A program made the translations under genes and the position numbers. Below are positions 41,949 through 54,883 of a stretch of 64,000 nt of DNA, in pieces. Source of the stretch: Eledone cirrhosa (lineage: Eukaryota). Under the pieces are notes generated by a model. It saw only the letters and a list, made by a program, of their open reading frames with translations. It ran no database searches and was not told where the DNA came from. The stretch lies in NCBI GenBank assembly GCA_964016885.1, contig OZ024753.1:4712001-4776000 (forward strand). Direction: 5' to 3'. Position 1 is the stretch's first letter; each line of letters opens with the position of its first letter.

Positions 41949-43169
41949 ATGTACTTTCTGAAAAAAAAGGACATGTATAACGGCCTTATATTGAAAGAAC
42001 TAAGGAAAAAGTACAAGGTAGCAAGTAAGGACGAACTGGAAAAAATGAATACAGAGGCATCTTGTATAATGCATGAATTAGACATTGAGAATAAAACACA
42101 ACCCTTCATGCCTAGGAAACCCAAGATCAATATGAAGGATCACAAAAGAAATTTTGAAAATGATTTGCCAGTCAGATTGATTGCACCATCAAAATCTGAC
42201 CTGGGAAAACTTAGCAAAAACATTCTAGACAGGGTAATACAGCAAATTAAAAACTTACATAATTTACCTTACTTAAAGTTATGGAAGGGGACTGGTGAGG
42301 TTATTGAGTGGTTTAAAGAAATTAAATATAACTATAATAATAAGTTTATTCAACTTGATATTGCTAACTACTATTCATCTATCACTCCTAATCTACTGAA
42401 TAAGGCACTAAATTACGCATTTAAACATACAGACCTAACTAGCAATGAAATGCACATTATATTATCGGCAAGGAAAACATTGATAGAATTTAATAACCAA
42501 CTATGGACTAGGGCAGATAGAGATAATAATTTCGACATAACTATGGGATCATCTGACTCAGCTCAGGTAACGGACCTTGTGGGCCTATTTATAATTAATT
42601 CGCTGCATAGAAAAATACCAGGTGTAACCGGAGGATTATATCGTGATGACATGCTTTTACTTATTGAAAATAATAACTGTGAACTAAATAGAAAAAGAAA
42701 ACAAATTATACAATTTTTTAATTACCTTAATCTAAAAATAGAAATAGAGAATAACCATAGAATAGTCAATTTCCTGGATGTAACACTTAATCTCAACACA
42801 TGTCTTCACTATCCATTTCACAAACTAAATGAGAACTTGAATTATGTCAATTTTAACTCTAATCACCCCAGATCTGTTAAAAATACTATAGTGAACTCTG
42901 TTCAAGAACGAATTTCAAGAATTTCATCTAATAAAAATATTTTTGATGAAAAAGCGCAGTATTACAATGAAGCGTTAGCTAGAGCAGGATATAGTGATAA
43001 AATTAAGTACATCGATAATAATAAGCAAACTAACCAAAATAATAACAATTTTAATTACGGTAACAATATTAACAACTATAATAGAAAACATTACAATAAT
43101 TACAAAAGCCGAAAAAGAAATAGAACTAGAAATATAATATGGTTTGCCCCCCCCCCCCTTTTTCGCTAA
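41949..43169 (+). CDS. PLE reverse transcriptase, N-terminally truncated
   Basis: Motifs KDHKRNF...PVRLI, QLDIANYYSSI, ITMGS, GLYRDD, VNFLDVTL, SNHP; the ATG comes from the inverted pLTR. Confidence 0.92.
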   Translation: MYFLKKKDMYNGLILKELRKKYKVASKDELEKMNTEASCIMHELDIENKTQPFMPRKPKINMKDHKRNFENDLPVRLIAPSKSDLGKLSKNILDRVIQQIKNLHNLPYLKLWKGTGEVIEWFKEIKYNYNNKFIQLDIANYYSSITPNLLNKALNYAFKHTDLTSNEMHIILSARKTLIEFNNQLWTRADRDNNFDITMGSSDSAQVTDLVGLFIINSLHRKIPGVTGGLYRDDMLLLIENNNCELNRKRKQIIQFFNYLNLKIEIENNHRIVNFLDVTLNLNTCLHYPFHKLNENLNYVNFNSNHPRSVKNTIVNSVQERISRISSNKNIFDEKAQYYNEALARAGYSDKIKYIDNNKQTNQNNNNFNYGNNINNYNRKHYNNYKSRKRNRTRNIIWFAPPPLFR

Positions 43170-43813
43170 ATATTAAAACCCATATTGCTAAACTATTCTT
43201 TAATGCTCTTGACAAACGCTTCCCTAGAACACATAAATATCACTCAATTTTTAATAGACATACTATAAAATTAACTTACTCGTCCACCAAAAATTTAGCA
43301 CAAAATATTAACAGAATTAATAATAGGAATTTAAAACCTAACCAAAATACCAATAATAACCCAAACAATATTCAATTAAATAACTGTAACTGTAGAAATA
43401 AATCTAACTGTCCGTTAAATAACAATTGCTTAGTTAAAAATGTAGTATACCATTGTAATGTTAAAACTAACTTAAATTCTTTCAATTATGTTGGTTCCAC
43501 CTCGACAGAATTTAAACTTCGCTTCAATAATCATAAGAATTCTTTCACAGATCCAAACAAAAAATCCTCAACTTCGCTATCAAGCCTACTCTGGCAACTT
43601 AAACGAGATAATGTTAAGTATTCGATGTTTTGGAATATTGTCTCAAAAGGGATTCCTTTTAATTCCTCATCAGAGACATGTGATCTCTGTGTGGAGGAGG
43701 TATTCTTTATATTAAAGTCCAAAAATTCCCTTAATTTAAGGAGCAATTTATTCAGTTGCTGCAGACATAGATTGAACTCAACGTTTAAATATAAATATAA
43801 ATTTAAAATGTAG
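43139..43813 (+). CDS. PLE linker and GIY-YIG endonuclease, frameshifted continuation of the RT ORF
   Basis: CNCRNKSNC (CxCx5C), VVY...YVG, FKLRFNNH, CDLCVEE, LN-x-R...CRH; join with RT expected at WFAPPFS. Confidence 0.9.
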   Translation: MVCPPPPFSLNIKTHIAKLFFNALDKRFPRTHKYHSIFNRHTIKLTYSSTKNLAQNINRINNRNLKPNQNTNNNPNNIQLNNCNCRNKSNCPLNNNCLVKNVVYHCNVKTNLNSFNYVGSTSTEFKLRFNNHKNSFTDPNKKSSTSLSSLLWQLKRDNVKYSMFWNIVSKGIPFNSSSETCDLCVEEVFFILKSKNSLNLRSNLFSCCRHRLNSTFKYKYKFKM

Positions 43814-45513
43814 TATAATTAATTAAGAAATTTAGTTAATATATGAAACCTGACGATAAATCACTTGATTCCTTCACCTTTTTCTTTTTAAACCTTCTTC
43901 CTAAATATAAACAAAGATCTAATAAACTACTCTAAAATGTATATGCTCCCAATGTATTAATTAAATTTTACCCAAGCTAAATTTCTATACTAAATATAAG
44001 GGCATCCGTAGAATCACTGGGTCTTCTAAATCTTTTAAATAATTTTGTTGAATAATTTTTGTTTTTTATTTGTTTTTTTACTCTGATAGCTTCTAACTAA
44101 CTTTGCAATATATTGTTTGAAATATAGGAAGGATAGATTTCTGTTGTAAATATATGAAGCATATTGTTTTTTGGCCTGAGATACTCTATAGTGTGTTAAA
44201 TATTTTTAATGTTTTGATGTTTCTGTGCTGATATATTGATATTTGATTATCTCTATACAAAGGCCATATGTGTATTAACATGCATATAGAAGGTTTATAG
44301 AGTTTATTTTATGTGTTCATGTGTCTGTATATGTGCGTAGAGATGCTGGAAGACTCACAGAGATATTTTATATATACATATATATATATATATAGGTATG
44401 GTTCTGTATATGTTACAGATATGCATAATATTAAATACCTGAACGGTAATCATATATGTGAGGACATGAATATTAATCGTATATTTTATGTATATGTACA
44501 GTGAAGTTTTTATGACACAAGAAATTTTTTTATGACACAAGAAATTATAGAGTTGATCAGGTGAAGTCATGTGTATGTTTATATTATTGACTAGATTTAG
44601 ACATAATTTTCTCGTTTTTTTTTTTTGTTTTTTTTTCAGAAAAAGTACATATACGTGTATATATATATACATATATATTTCCGTATTTTTATAAATAGGG
44701 TAGTTTTTTTTTAAAGATTTATCTCAGATTTTGGTTATTGACCTCAGAGTTTTAAACTAAACATATGGTCATTATTGAACAATGTTATTTTCTCATACTA
44801 TATATCTATGTCTCATTCATGAATATTGATATTTGCATTCTTATTATCCATTTCATATGAATTGATAATTCAAATTGATATGACATGACGTAAAGATGTA
44901 ACTGTATCCTTCTCTCTCTATATAGCACTTTCTCCTCTCTCTTGAGTTTATCTTTATGTATGATGAATTATTATGTATCTGTCGCTTTCGTTTGCCTCTC
45001 TTATTTCTCTCTTGTTTCTTTTTCACTTCCTCCTATATATTTATATTTTTTCTCTCTCTTTCTTTTCTCCCCCCCCCCCCTCTCTCTCTCCGTTTTTTCT
45101 TTATCTCCGTTTTTTCTTTCTCTCCGTCTTTTTTCTAACTGTGCTTAACACTATAACTAAATAATTATTATCCTTCTCTCTATATATAGTACTCCCTCTC
45201 TCTTGAGTTTCTTTTTATATTTATGATGAATTATTATTTATCTGTTGCTTTCATTTGCCTCTCTTATTTCTTTCTTGTTTCTTTTTCTCACCTCCTCCTA
45301 TCTATTTTTTCTCTCTCTCCTTTTCTTTCTCTCCCATCTCTCTCTCTGTTTTTTCTTTACCTCCGTTTCTTCTTTCTCTCCGTCTTTTTTCTAACTGTGC
45401 TTAACACTATAACTAAATAATTATAAACAAATCACTACCCAGACATCTTCCTAATTTAATGGTCGCTTATAATATGGTACGTCAAAATTATTTATAAAAC
45501 TGTTTATATATTG

Positions 45514-45579
45514 TATTTTATCTGACGAAGGCATGCCATATTTTTGATATGGTATCCCTGAAATATGTATAATGAAATA
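45514..45579 (+). ncRNA. Minimal type I hammerhead ribozyme in 3' pLTR
   Basis: UAUUUUAU CUGACGA [AGGCAUGCCAUAU-UUUUG-AUAUGGUAUCCCU] GAAA UAUGUA UA^ AUGAAAUA; predicted cut after 45571. Confidence 0.9.
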
Positions 45580-45636
45580 AATATGGTTTTATAAATATAG
45601 TTTCCATTTGTTTAATATTGTATATATATATATATA

Positions 45637-45640
<4 letters not shown>

Positions 45641-45700
<60 letters not shown>

Positions 45701-45704
45701 GAGA

Positions 45705-45792
<88 letters not shown>
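45641..45792. repeat. (GA)n microsatellite
   Basis: Direct reading. Confidence 0.95.
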
Positions 45793-45794
<2 letters not shown>

Positions 45795-46829
45795 ACACAC
45801 AAGCACAATACTGACATTTATTAAAAAATCTGATACAGATTATCGATTGTTTTCTGTCAGTTTTGTAGGTTTAAATATTCAAATCACATTCTAACTTGTT
45901 TGTCTTTCGTCTCAAATAGATTTAGAAAGCTATCACTATCTCTTACTTGTTGGATGTCTCTTTCTATCTGTATCTCTTCCATTCTATCATTCATTCTTTT
46001 TCAGATTGATGATTCTAGTGAACATAAAATAGATTTTATTAAAAAGTTTCTATTCAATCACAATACTAAGACGGAAATATTAATAATAATGATTGCAAAC
46101 ATTTCGATCAACTCAATTTTAACTGGTACATATTCTATAGACTCTAATAAAAATCATAATGGTTTAGATTGAATTGTCTATTAAGAAAGAGGAACGAAAG
46201 CTAGAATTATAGAAATAAGTAAAATGAAACGTTTCAATGGCGTATGTGAGCAGACAAACACACTGGATTACCTTTATTTTCAAGTGCAAACGCCCTTGCA
46301 CTGTTGTGTACACCGGTCTAAATCCACATTCTAAGAGTAGACATTTATGTGGGCTCTAATCGTCACCAAATCTTTAATTTCTCACAAACTAACTAAACTG
46401 TTTCACCTCCTTCTCTTTGACTACCACCCTCTCCAAGGGAAAAAATATATATGTTTCTTTTAGTGCTTCGCATAAGGTATGTGTCCTTATCCTTAAATAG
46501 ATTGTTCGGTTAAACATCGTTATTCTTACAGACAATGAATCTCCTCTACAGATTAACAAATACTTGACAAATTCCTATGTAGCGGAGGCACAGTTTTGAT
46601 TTTCTTTATAACCCAAGGTTGCGGCTCCGAAAATGCGATGATCTGCGAGAAGATATGGTTACTTCATGAACGGGTAGCCAAGATCACTTTATTTAAGGCA
46701 AGGTTAGCATATGTCTGCGCATTGTTAGTTCCAGCATACCCAACCTTCCATACAAAGTGTGTTGGCAGCAGATAGATCGACTAGTCAATAGAAAAGAAGT
46801 GAAAATATAAATATTCAAGAAGTATTTAT

Positions 46830-47950
46830 ATAACAAAAATAAAATACACTGAGACTAAGATATATCTAAAATAACAAATGCTTTAAAAGGTTCAAAGAAT
46901 CTGGATTGCCAAGGTGAAAATCGCCAACAGCGTTTTAATAAAGCCAGCAATTTTCTTCCAAACTAAAGCAATTTTAGAAGGGATTTAAGGGATGCAAAAT
47001 GGCCCCAAACATAACAATAGAGAAAGAGTTCTGAGGAGGCGTCTGGGCAGTGGGTGAATTGCTACGCACAGGTTTAATTATATCAATAAAACAGCAGCTG
47101 AACACGTGGGAAGATATCTCTAACAATACATATATTCATGTAACATGTTATGAGTAAGTGGCAAAGTGGAGACAGCTCTGCAGATACAAAGGAATAATGA
47201 ATTTCCCCCACTTATCTTCTGCCTAACATTGACTCCATTATCTGTGATACTAAACATGACATGACTTTGATGCAAGTGCTACGGCAAGAAACTGAGATTG
47301 AACACAGGCATACAAATAATTAAGAAACAATGAACGCAGATGAAAAAAAGATTAAAAAGGAATACAATGAATGGATTAAATTACTACTTAAAACACAACT
47401 AAATGCGAAGAATAGGGAAATATGCATCAATAATCTAGCGATCCCAAGGATAAGCTACACTTTCAATATTCTAAACTGCACACTATATGGAAGAGCACAA
47501 CTAGAGAGTAAAACAAAAAAAATAATTACTATATTTATAATACACCACCCAAATTCAGATGTAGAAATATTATACCTAACACAAACACAGGAAGGAAAGG
47601 GCATTGAATGGTTGAAGGGCAGACAACCTTGATATTGACGGATAAATTGAAGAGTTCGTTAGTTGGAAAATATTAGCACGCTTCAATTTTGTTTTGAATC
47701 TGTTGACAGGCACCTTTGCTTCAGATGTTTATAATCTCTTATTTAAGAGTGGGATGTTACCTGTTGAACAGGAGTGTAGGTAGCATTCTCAGGAAATCAA
47801 GGACTATCTTGTTATTCACAAGGCAATCATGAATAACTGTAAACAACGTTTAAACAATTTATGCATGTCTAGTATAGTGTTTTACGTGTCTCAGCCAATT
47901 TGAAAATTGTGGATCAGTTAGGCAGATGTTTCAGGTTTTTCCGTAACTTA
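46830..47950 (+). mobile_element. Old, rearranged Dong/R4-type LINE fragments
   Basis: KEYNEWIKLLLKTQLNAKN...HPNSDVEILYL...GKG at 47330-47632; KDYLVIHKAIMNNCKQRLNNLCM near 47800. Confidence 0.7.
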
Positions 47951-48340
47951 ACCAAGCGTTCACCGTATAAAAGGGTATTTTTAGAATAATCGAGGTATTG
48001 GTTTTAAAAAGGCTCTGATGATCCTAGGTCTTTCATTTTGTCAAACAAAGAGGTAGTGGTATTGTATATTGATGGATCACGGGGAGTTCTGCCACGTGAA
48101 TGACTAATTATTGTTAGCAAAATTTAAACCACTTTATTATACAAAGGAAGCTATAAGTGGTTGACTCGACATGCTAGAAAGAGATACCATGTAATCCTCT
48201 ATTCGCACACTATGTTAATGTTTATCCCAAAATATAATCTATATTAATGTTTAAATAATATACATATATATATCATTGCTCTTATGACACACATGCACAC
48301 ATAGACGTACAAGCACACACATGTAAATAGATATAGGCAT

Positions 48341-48377
<37 letters not shown>

Positions 48378-48388
48378 CGTATATATTA

Positions 48389-48488
48389 TACAGGTGTCCC
48401 AAAAAATGTATACACACCTCAACATCATTCTAATCAATAATACCTGTATAGGTAATCAGAGTGTGTATACATTTTTTGAGACACCCTG

Positions 48489-48490
<2 letters not shown>
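48389..48490. mobile_element. Tc1/mariner-type MITE, ~100 bp
   Basis: TIRs TACAGGTGTCCCAAAAAATGTATACACAC and GTGTGTATACATTTTTTGAGACACCCTGTA; TA ends. Confidence 0.8.
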
Positions 48491-48519
<29 letters not shown>

Positions 48520-49328
48520 GTATATATTATACAGTATATATATATGTATATATATGTACGTATATATTATACTGTATATATATATATATGTATATATATA
48601 TATAAATACAGTATATACTGTATATACATACATATATATATACTCATAAATGCCTATATCCATTTACATGTGTGTGCTTGTACGCCTCTGTGTGCATGTA
48701 TGTCATAAGAGCAATGATAATAAGTGGACAGTGGTCTAAGGTTTCATTTAGAAATACGAGAGATAAAGTATATCGTAAATGATTAGATTTGACACTTTAA
48801 TCGATAATATCTATATTACTGTATCAAACTTTCCTTGGAAGTCAATAGCTGTTTAAGTATGTAATAAGAGATCATTTAATATCGACGATTTACGGGCAAC
48901 TTTGATTCTTCTCAGGTGATAGCGGCATAGTTGATGAGATTTCTATTTGCTTTATGGAATGAAATTGATAGGTGTATCGTTGCTGTGAGATAGGTAAGCA
49001 AGTATGTAATCAAAAAACAAAACATTGACATAAAAAGTCTTTGTATATGTTATTTAATCACATTGTAAATATTTACCAGGTTTTTATGGATGTTTTATGA
49101 CAGGATTATTCAGATGAACATACACACATCTTCAAAAACGTATGTATATAGAAAAACGAATTATAGCCGACACTTCAAAGTCATTGCCAATGTTTTCTTC
49201 AAAAAATAATATATCAACTCTTCTTTATGTATTGAGTTCTCAACTAGTAAATGTTTAACTGTCTACATGTATAATTATACATAAAAGACCACCGTTAATA
49301 CTATGATATAATATAAATATATATACAT

Positions 49329-49412
<84 letters not shown>

Positions 49413-49536
49413 GAGAGAGAAAGAGAGAGGAAGAGAGAGAGAAATAATGAGAGCTAGATACATAAGTATCGATGTATATACATGCACACATATACAAACA
49501 CACTCACTTACTTTTATGTGTTTGGATGTGTGTCCT

Positions 49537-49599
<63 letters not shown>

Positions 49600-50260
49600 G
49601 GTGTGTATGAACTGCGTATATTAATACCATATCGCTATTATGATTGCTTATTCCGCTTCGCGATTCCTTCATAATCAAAAAAAAGTTTTATTACTTTCCA
49701 TTCTATTTTGGCACACACTAACTCATCAGATTAATGCATACAACGTAATGCATATATATATATATATTTATATATATCGTTGGAAAACTAGTGTCGTAAA
49801 TAAGATATTGTAATATAAGTTTCACTTTAGTAGCAATAATAACGGTCCGTTTAAAAATCAGAGTTCAAGTGAATTGAAGCTCATTACAAAACGAATATGA
49901 AAGTCTTCCTACCTTACTTCAATTTTGACCCAAAATTCAAACGCGACAAATTTTAATAGAATAGAAGTTTCGGCAATATGAAATATATTAACAGTTCATT
50001 TTGTTCCATATCATATAATCATACGTCTGGATAAATAATTTCGGTAATAACAAGAGTAGTAGTACTCGTAGAAATTTGAGGTTTCATATTTGTTCTCATG
50101 ATTCCTTTTTGATGCATACTCTCATAGATCTTCATAATATGGATTCAAAATGTTTTCGATTTCGTTCCATAGTTGTTTAAGGTGAGTACGCTACATGAAC
50201 GTTGTGACAAGCATGATGATATGAAATGATATGCAGGAATGTATCTAAGATGAGAACCAG

Positions 50261-50438
50261 TTCAGTTCGAAATTCATCGACGATTGTCCCTCTTGCTTCT
50301 GCTGAACACCGCCAGGTGGCGGTAGCAGCCGGTGTTTTTGCATAGCTATGGCCTTCTAAATTATAAACATACCGTATTTCTTTAGAAATACGAAATTCCA
50401 GTACATATCTGTATACAGCTATCCTCGAAGATAAATTC

Positions 50439-50445
<7 letters not shown>
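50261..50445. repeat. Dispersed repeat carrying a CTCF-like motif, copy 3 (inverted)
   Basis: Reverse-complement similarity to 514-675 and 217-362. Confidence 0.8.
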
Positions 50446-50502
<57 letters not shown>

Positions 50503-50512
50503 CTCTCTACAT

Positions 50513-50598
<86 letters not shown>

Positions 50599-50601
<3 letters not shown>

Positions 50602-50803
50602 CCAGTAAGACCCCGACGGCTGAGCTCAAGCCGTTTCGACGGCTAATTCTGGACTAGAATTAGCCGTCCAGAATTAGCCGTCGAAACGGCTTGAGCTCAG
50701 CCGTCGGGGTCTTACTGGTTCCTATTACCCACTCTACTACCCTAAGTATTGAGTACTTTGGTGCGTTATGGTCCACCTGGTTCCTTACCACATTTCCTTC
50801 GTT
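50599..50803 (+). mobile_element. Fold-back PLE pLTR fragment with partial hammerhead, in (TA)n
   Basis: Perfect 56-bp arms 50599-50654 and 50666-50721; GAAA CGGCU-UGAGCUC-AGCCG UC^; tail homologous to 3520-3600. Confidence 0.8.
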
Positions 50804-51681
50804 ATATATATATATATTTAATGTCTACATAACTTATTGTAATTTCCATGAGATGGTCAGGAGAATGAAAATATATTCTAGGGTTACTAAATATGTGCGA
50901 TAGTAGAATGGCAAGGAAGTTGGGTGTTGATAGACATTTCCAAGTAATCTATTTCGTCTTCAATTTAGCTTCTTTTATAGAGTTCAGTTCTTAAGTTATA
51001 TTTTTTGGATAGTCTCCAAGTCTCAATCTCTCCCATTAATGTTCGGACGCTGTATGGAATTCTGCCTCGACACTGACAATGGCTATTTTATTTCATTCAA
51101 AGTTTAAGTTGGTCAATTGTTAATATGTCAACATTGTTAAAACTGACAACATTCTTGAGACTCTTTACATCAAAGTGTGAATCGTCTGATGTTAGCTATA
51201 AGAGAGGGGGTACAAATATTGACATATAGAAAATCACCAAACTGTATTGCTATGAATCATCTACTAAATATTTGTTTCTGATGGCTTTTATTGGAAGCCC
51301 TTTCTAATTTCTTGTATGTTGTATTCGATTATTCTGCCTGTTGTGGTGATTGATATCGCTTGTTCACAAAATTTGTTGTATACCAAGCAGAATTCTACAG
51401 TAATTGATCAAATTGGAGTCATCATCTATACACAAATGGCTGAAGTGAAAATTAATCGGAGACCATGCAGATGTCACTACCAGAAATATGGAACATTTCT
51501 AACTTTTATAGGAATAGCGATTGAAACACATTTGTAGTAATGGTGTACACAAATGGAGTGTGTACTAGTGACAAGAGTGGTGTAAAGTAAGATATATCCT
51601 GTGAACACTACAGTGTATACATGGAGTAATTGTATAGGACGATATAATTTTATTTGTTGTTCTCAACATAATTTATAATAA

Positions 51682-51868
51682 TGTTTCTACTTTTGGCACA
51701 AGACCAGCAATCACCCCAGTGCATTACTGGTACTTTATTTTAACGACGCGTACGGATGAAAGGCAAAGTACAAAGGATTTGAACTCAGAACGTAAAGGGT
51801 CATAACTCTATTCTGCAAATCATAGTGTCTGGCGCTCTATCGATACTGCCAATCCACCGCCTTTTATC
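51682..51868 (-). mobile_element. tRNA-derived SINE (family A) with 11-bp TSD
   Basis: A and B boxes on minus strand; ATTTATAATAA at 51671-51681 and 51869-51879. Confidence 0.85.
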
Positions 51869-52571
51869 ATTTATAATAACAATTAAAAATCACAATGTTC
51901 CATTTTGCTGATTTCCCGTGTTTTGTGGGTTTTGCTATTCTTTTTTGTAAATCTAAGCGGATTAGTATTTTCTTTTGTAATAACAGTGTATGTTGCATAT
52001 ATCATTTTATTTAGCCTTATTTTATAAAGTTGGCGTATTTTATAATTGTTGCTATTTCACTATACATATTTATATTTGTGGCGGTTGTATTCATTTCTCC
52101 CTAGGAAGATTTTCTATTGTTTGAAGTTCTTGGATTATTTTCATCTTTATCTATTTGTGGTCCTGAATTCCGTCTTCAGGGTTTCTTTCTCTCACAACTT
52201 CATTAAATTTCCTTTCATTAGTATTTTCAGCTGTGTTGTCCGTTGTTCTGAAATGGGTTATGTTAGTCAGTATTCCGTAACCCTTATAGGACTGGTGTTT
52301 GTTGCATATTTATTTGTTTTGGTTATGTTGGTTGTATCTTCATGGTTTACATTTTCAATATTTTTATCAACGTTAGTTGTTTTGTGTTGTGTCCATTAAT
52401 AGTGTTTATACGATGTATTCGTTTTTTAGAAGCTCTAATTCAATTTCTCAAAGTTCTATCGCTCCAAATACCGTCAATACATTTTAGTTTTGTATCAAAT
52501 GTTTTTATTTTAATTTTTGCAAGCTAACCTTCCTTAATTCCCACTGATACCTAATATTATTTAGTCTTAAC

Positions 52572-52657
52572 TTTGCCTTTCATCCTTACGGGGTCGATAA
52601 AATAAAGTACCAGTAATACACTGGGTAATTGCTGGCCTTGTGCCTAACGAAGAAACA
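52572..52657 (+). mobile_element. 5'-truncated SINE (family A) with 16-bp TSD
   Basis: TSD ATTATTTAGTCTTAAC at 52556-52571 and 52658-52673. Confidence 0.9.
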
Positions 52658-54850
52658 ATTATTTAGTCTTAACAATTCTGTTGTTTTTTTTAATCAACAG
52701 CCATTCTGCAAATTGTTCCTTAATTAATTATGGGCTGTATAAATCTAATTATTGGTTTTTATTCTTTACGACTTTATATATGATAAGTATTCTTTGTCTT
52801 ATGTACCATATTTATCTTCAGGTCTTAATCTTCATTTCAAATGTTCCACTATATTTCATATAGATATGGCTCGTGTTTAGAGTACTATTATTTGCTATGC
52901 TGGAAATATTCGTTTCTAAAATGTCACTCTGTATTCATATATTTATGTAGTTCTGTATCTACCTGCTTTGTGATCCTCTTATCTGCTAATTGTATCATGT
53001 TACTTACGCAATCTTTTACTTCCACGTTGCACTTTTTAATTACATCACAAATTCGTCACTAAATATACGTACTTTTAGTATTACGAAGTCTATTTGAACT
53101 TAATTATTTGCTAGCAATTTCCAGGCATCCAATAAAGAGAAAGTAATTTCACTTAAACTGCCTGTTATATATAATTAAATAGTTCATTACCATTCTTTGT
53201 AGCAATGTTGAAGATACTCTACATATTACAAACGACTACTACAAAGAGATCAAGTTAAACCCATTCATCTAATGACAAATTCTTTCCTAGAATGGCTCAA
53301 TTTTGTTTTTCATTGGTTCATATTCTTTGCAATCAATTTGTTGATACTTTCTGCTATATTTTGGGTTTTCATTTACCTTTCAATAATTGATTTTTAGTAA
53401 TTCTACTCTTCGATGTTCATTTCGATGCTTATATATACGGGTTGTTTACACACATTTTAAAACCATTAAATATAACACCAGAGAAAGTAATCACGTAATT
53501 ACTTTCTGTTTGATTCACGTGCGGTCTTAATACAATTTAACACAGTTCTCGAGCGGTTGATACACGATGTTATGTCAATATTCCCATTGTATCGGGCACT
53601 GGGGATTAGTCAGAGCGACGTCTTTCTTGCTTGTATTAGGTTTCGATGAAGGTCGGATGAACTCTCTATTCCATCTCAGAGAATATGGACAACTTTCAGA
53701 AATCCATTGTCTGGCAGAGCTACCGGAAAGTTTTTTTAGTTATATAAACTCTACGTATGTAAGATATGCGCTCAACAACATTTTTTTCTGCCTTCCCTCG
53801 TAAAGAGTTTGAACATTAATTCATTGAATAACTATAAAATTATTGCCAGCTTTATCTTATTACTTCATTCATCGACTCTTTCTTCTTAACGTACCGTATC
53901 AAAAATAACTTTCACTATTATTGCACATAACACTTTCTCTTTTTCTAACATCCAGCCTATAATTCCGTTAGAAATTTTATTCACTTGCCCTGACATACGA
54001 TAAAGAAAATATTGTTAGTAGTGAGAATTCATCCACCTAAACCAACCATATTTTGAGTGTTGTAAATAAAACATATTTAGCAATCTTCTAATCCCGCCTA
54101 CCCAATTATTTTTATGCTCTTCGTCTTTCAGAATCTTTTCCTATAACCTTTTACTTCGTCACATCATTTACTAATACGTTTTTCTTCTTCGACCTCAATC
54201 TTTTCTTTATCTTTCTATTTTACTTCTAGTTAATCCTCTTTTCCTGCGACTTCTTCGTCACCTCTTTTCTTCATTTATTTTTCTTCATCTTTGTCTTCAA
54301 TATTTTTCTTTTTACAATTTCCTGTTCTTTTTAGGTTTTCTATTCCGTCTTATATTTCTTCTTCTCCTTCTTATGTTTCGTTGTTAGCCAGCTCCCGCCA
54401 ATAAACTATGTACTTTCAACTGCTCTATTACGTGTCTTTCATGTCATTCATTGGCATCGTCTGAGTGGTTGGGGTAAAGTAGGACGTGTTGGATCATGAA
54501 GTGAAAGTCATATTGAAAGTAAAGGGATATTCTTGAATCAGTTAGAATCGAAAGCAAAGCAATTAAATAGATAGAAAGATGATAGATGGATTGTGGTGTT
54601 AATGTTAGCACTATTAATGTAGACAACCACTAGCGTGTAGCCAAGGTAATCGCAACAGGCTGTTGATTTTGAATTCAAATTCCAAGAAATGTCATTTGCG
54701 AAAGAGCTACCACAAAGATAGCTATACATGTAAAGGAGTCTTTATTAGAAACGTGTTGGAAGTTCAAAGACGGTGAAAATCTTAATCACTGCAATGTTTG
54801 GAATTGCTAAACCTATTATTCATTCATCGCGAAAAATCTTATTCCTTCTG

Positions 54851-54883
<33 letters not shown>

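Larger units (their letters stand above)
40826..45625 (+). mobile_element. Penelope-like retroelement (Naiad type), 5'-truncated, with inverted pLTRs
   Basis: RT and GIY-YIG ORFs; 40910-41968 is the reverse complement of ~44631-45625; hammerhead in each arm; (TA)n at both ends. Confidence 0.93.

Noticed and set aside
43814-43900. SECIS element or hammerhead (CTGACGA) after the Naiad ORF
   Set aside because: No in-frame TGA in the ORFs, no convincing SECIS stem, and no GAAA after CTGACGA
40910-45625. DNA transposon with 1-kb TIRs
   Set aside because: Encodes RT and GIY-YIG, no transposase; the arms are pLTRs with hammerheads
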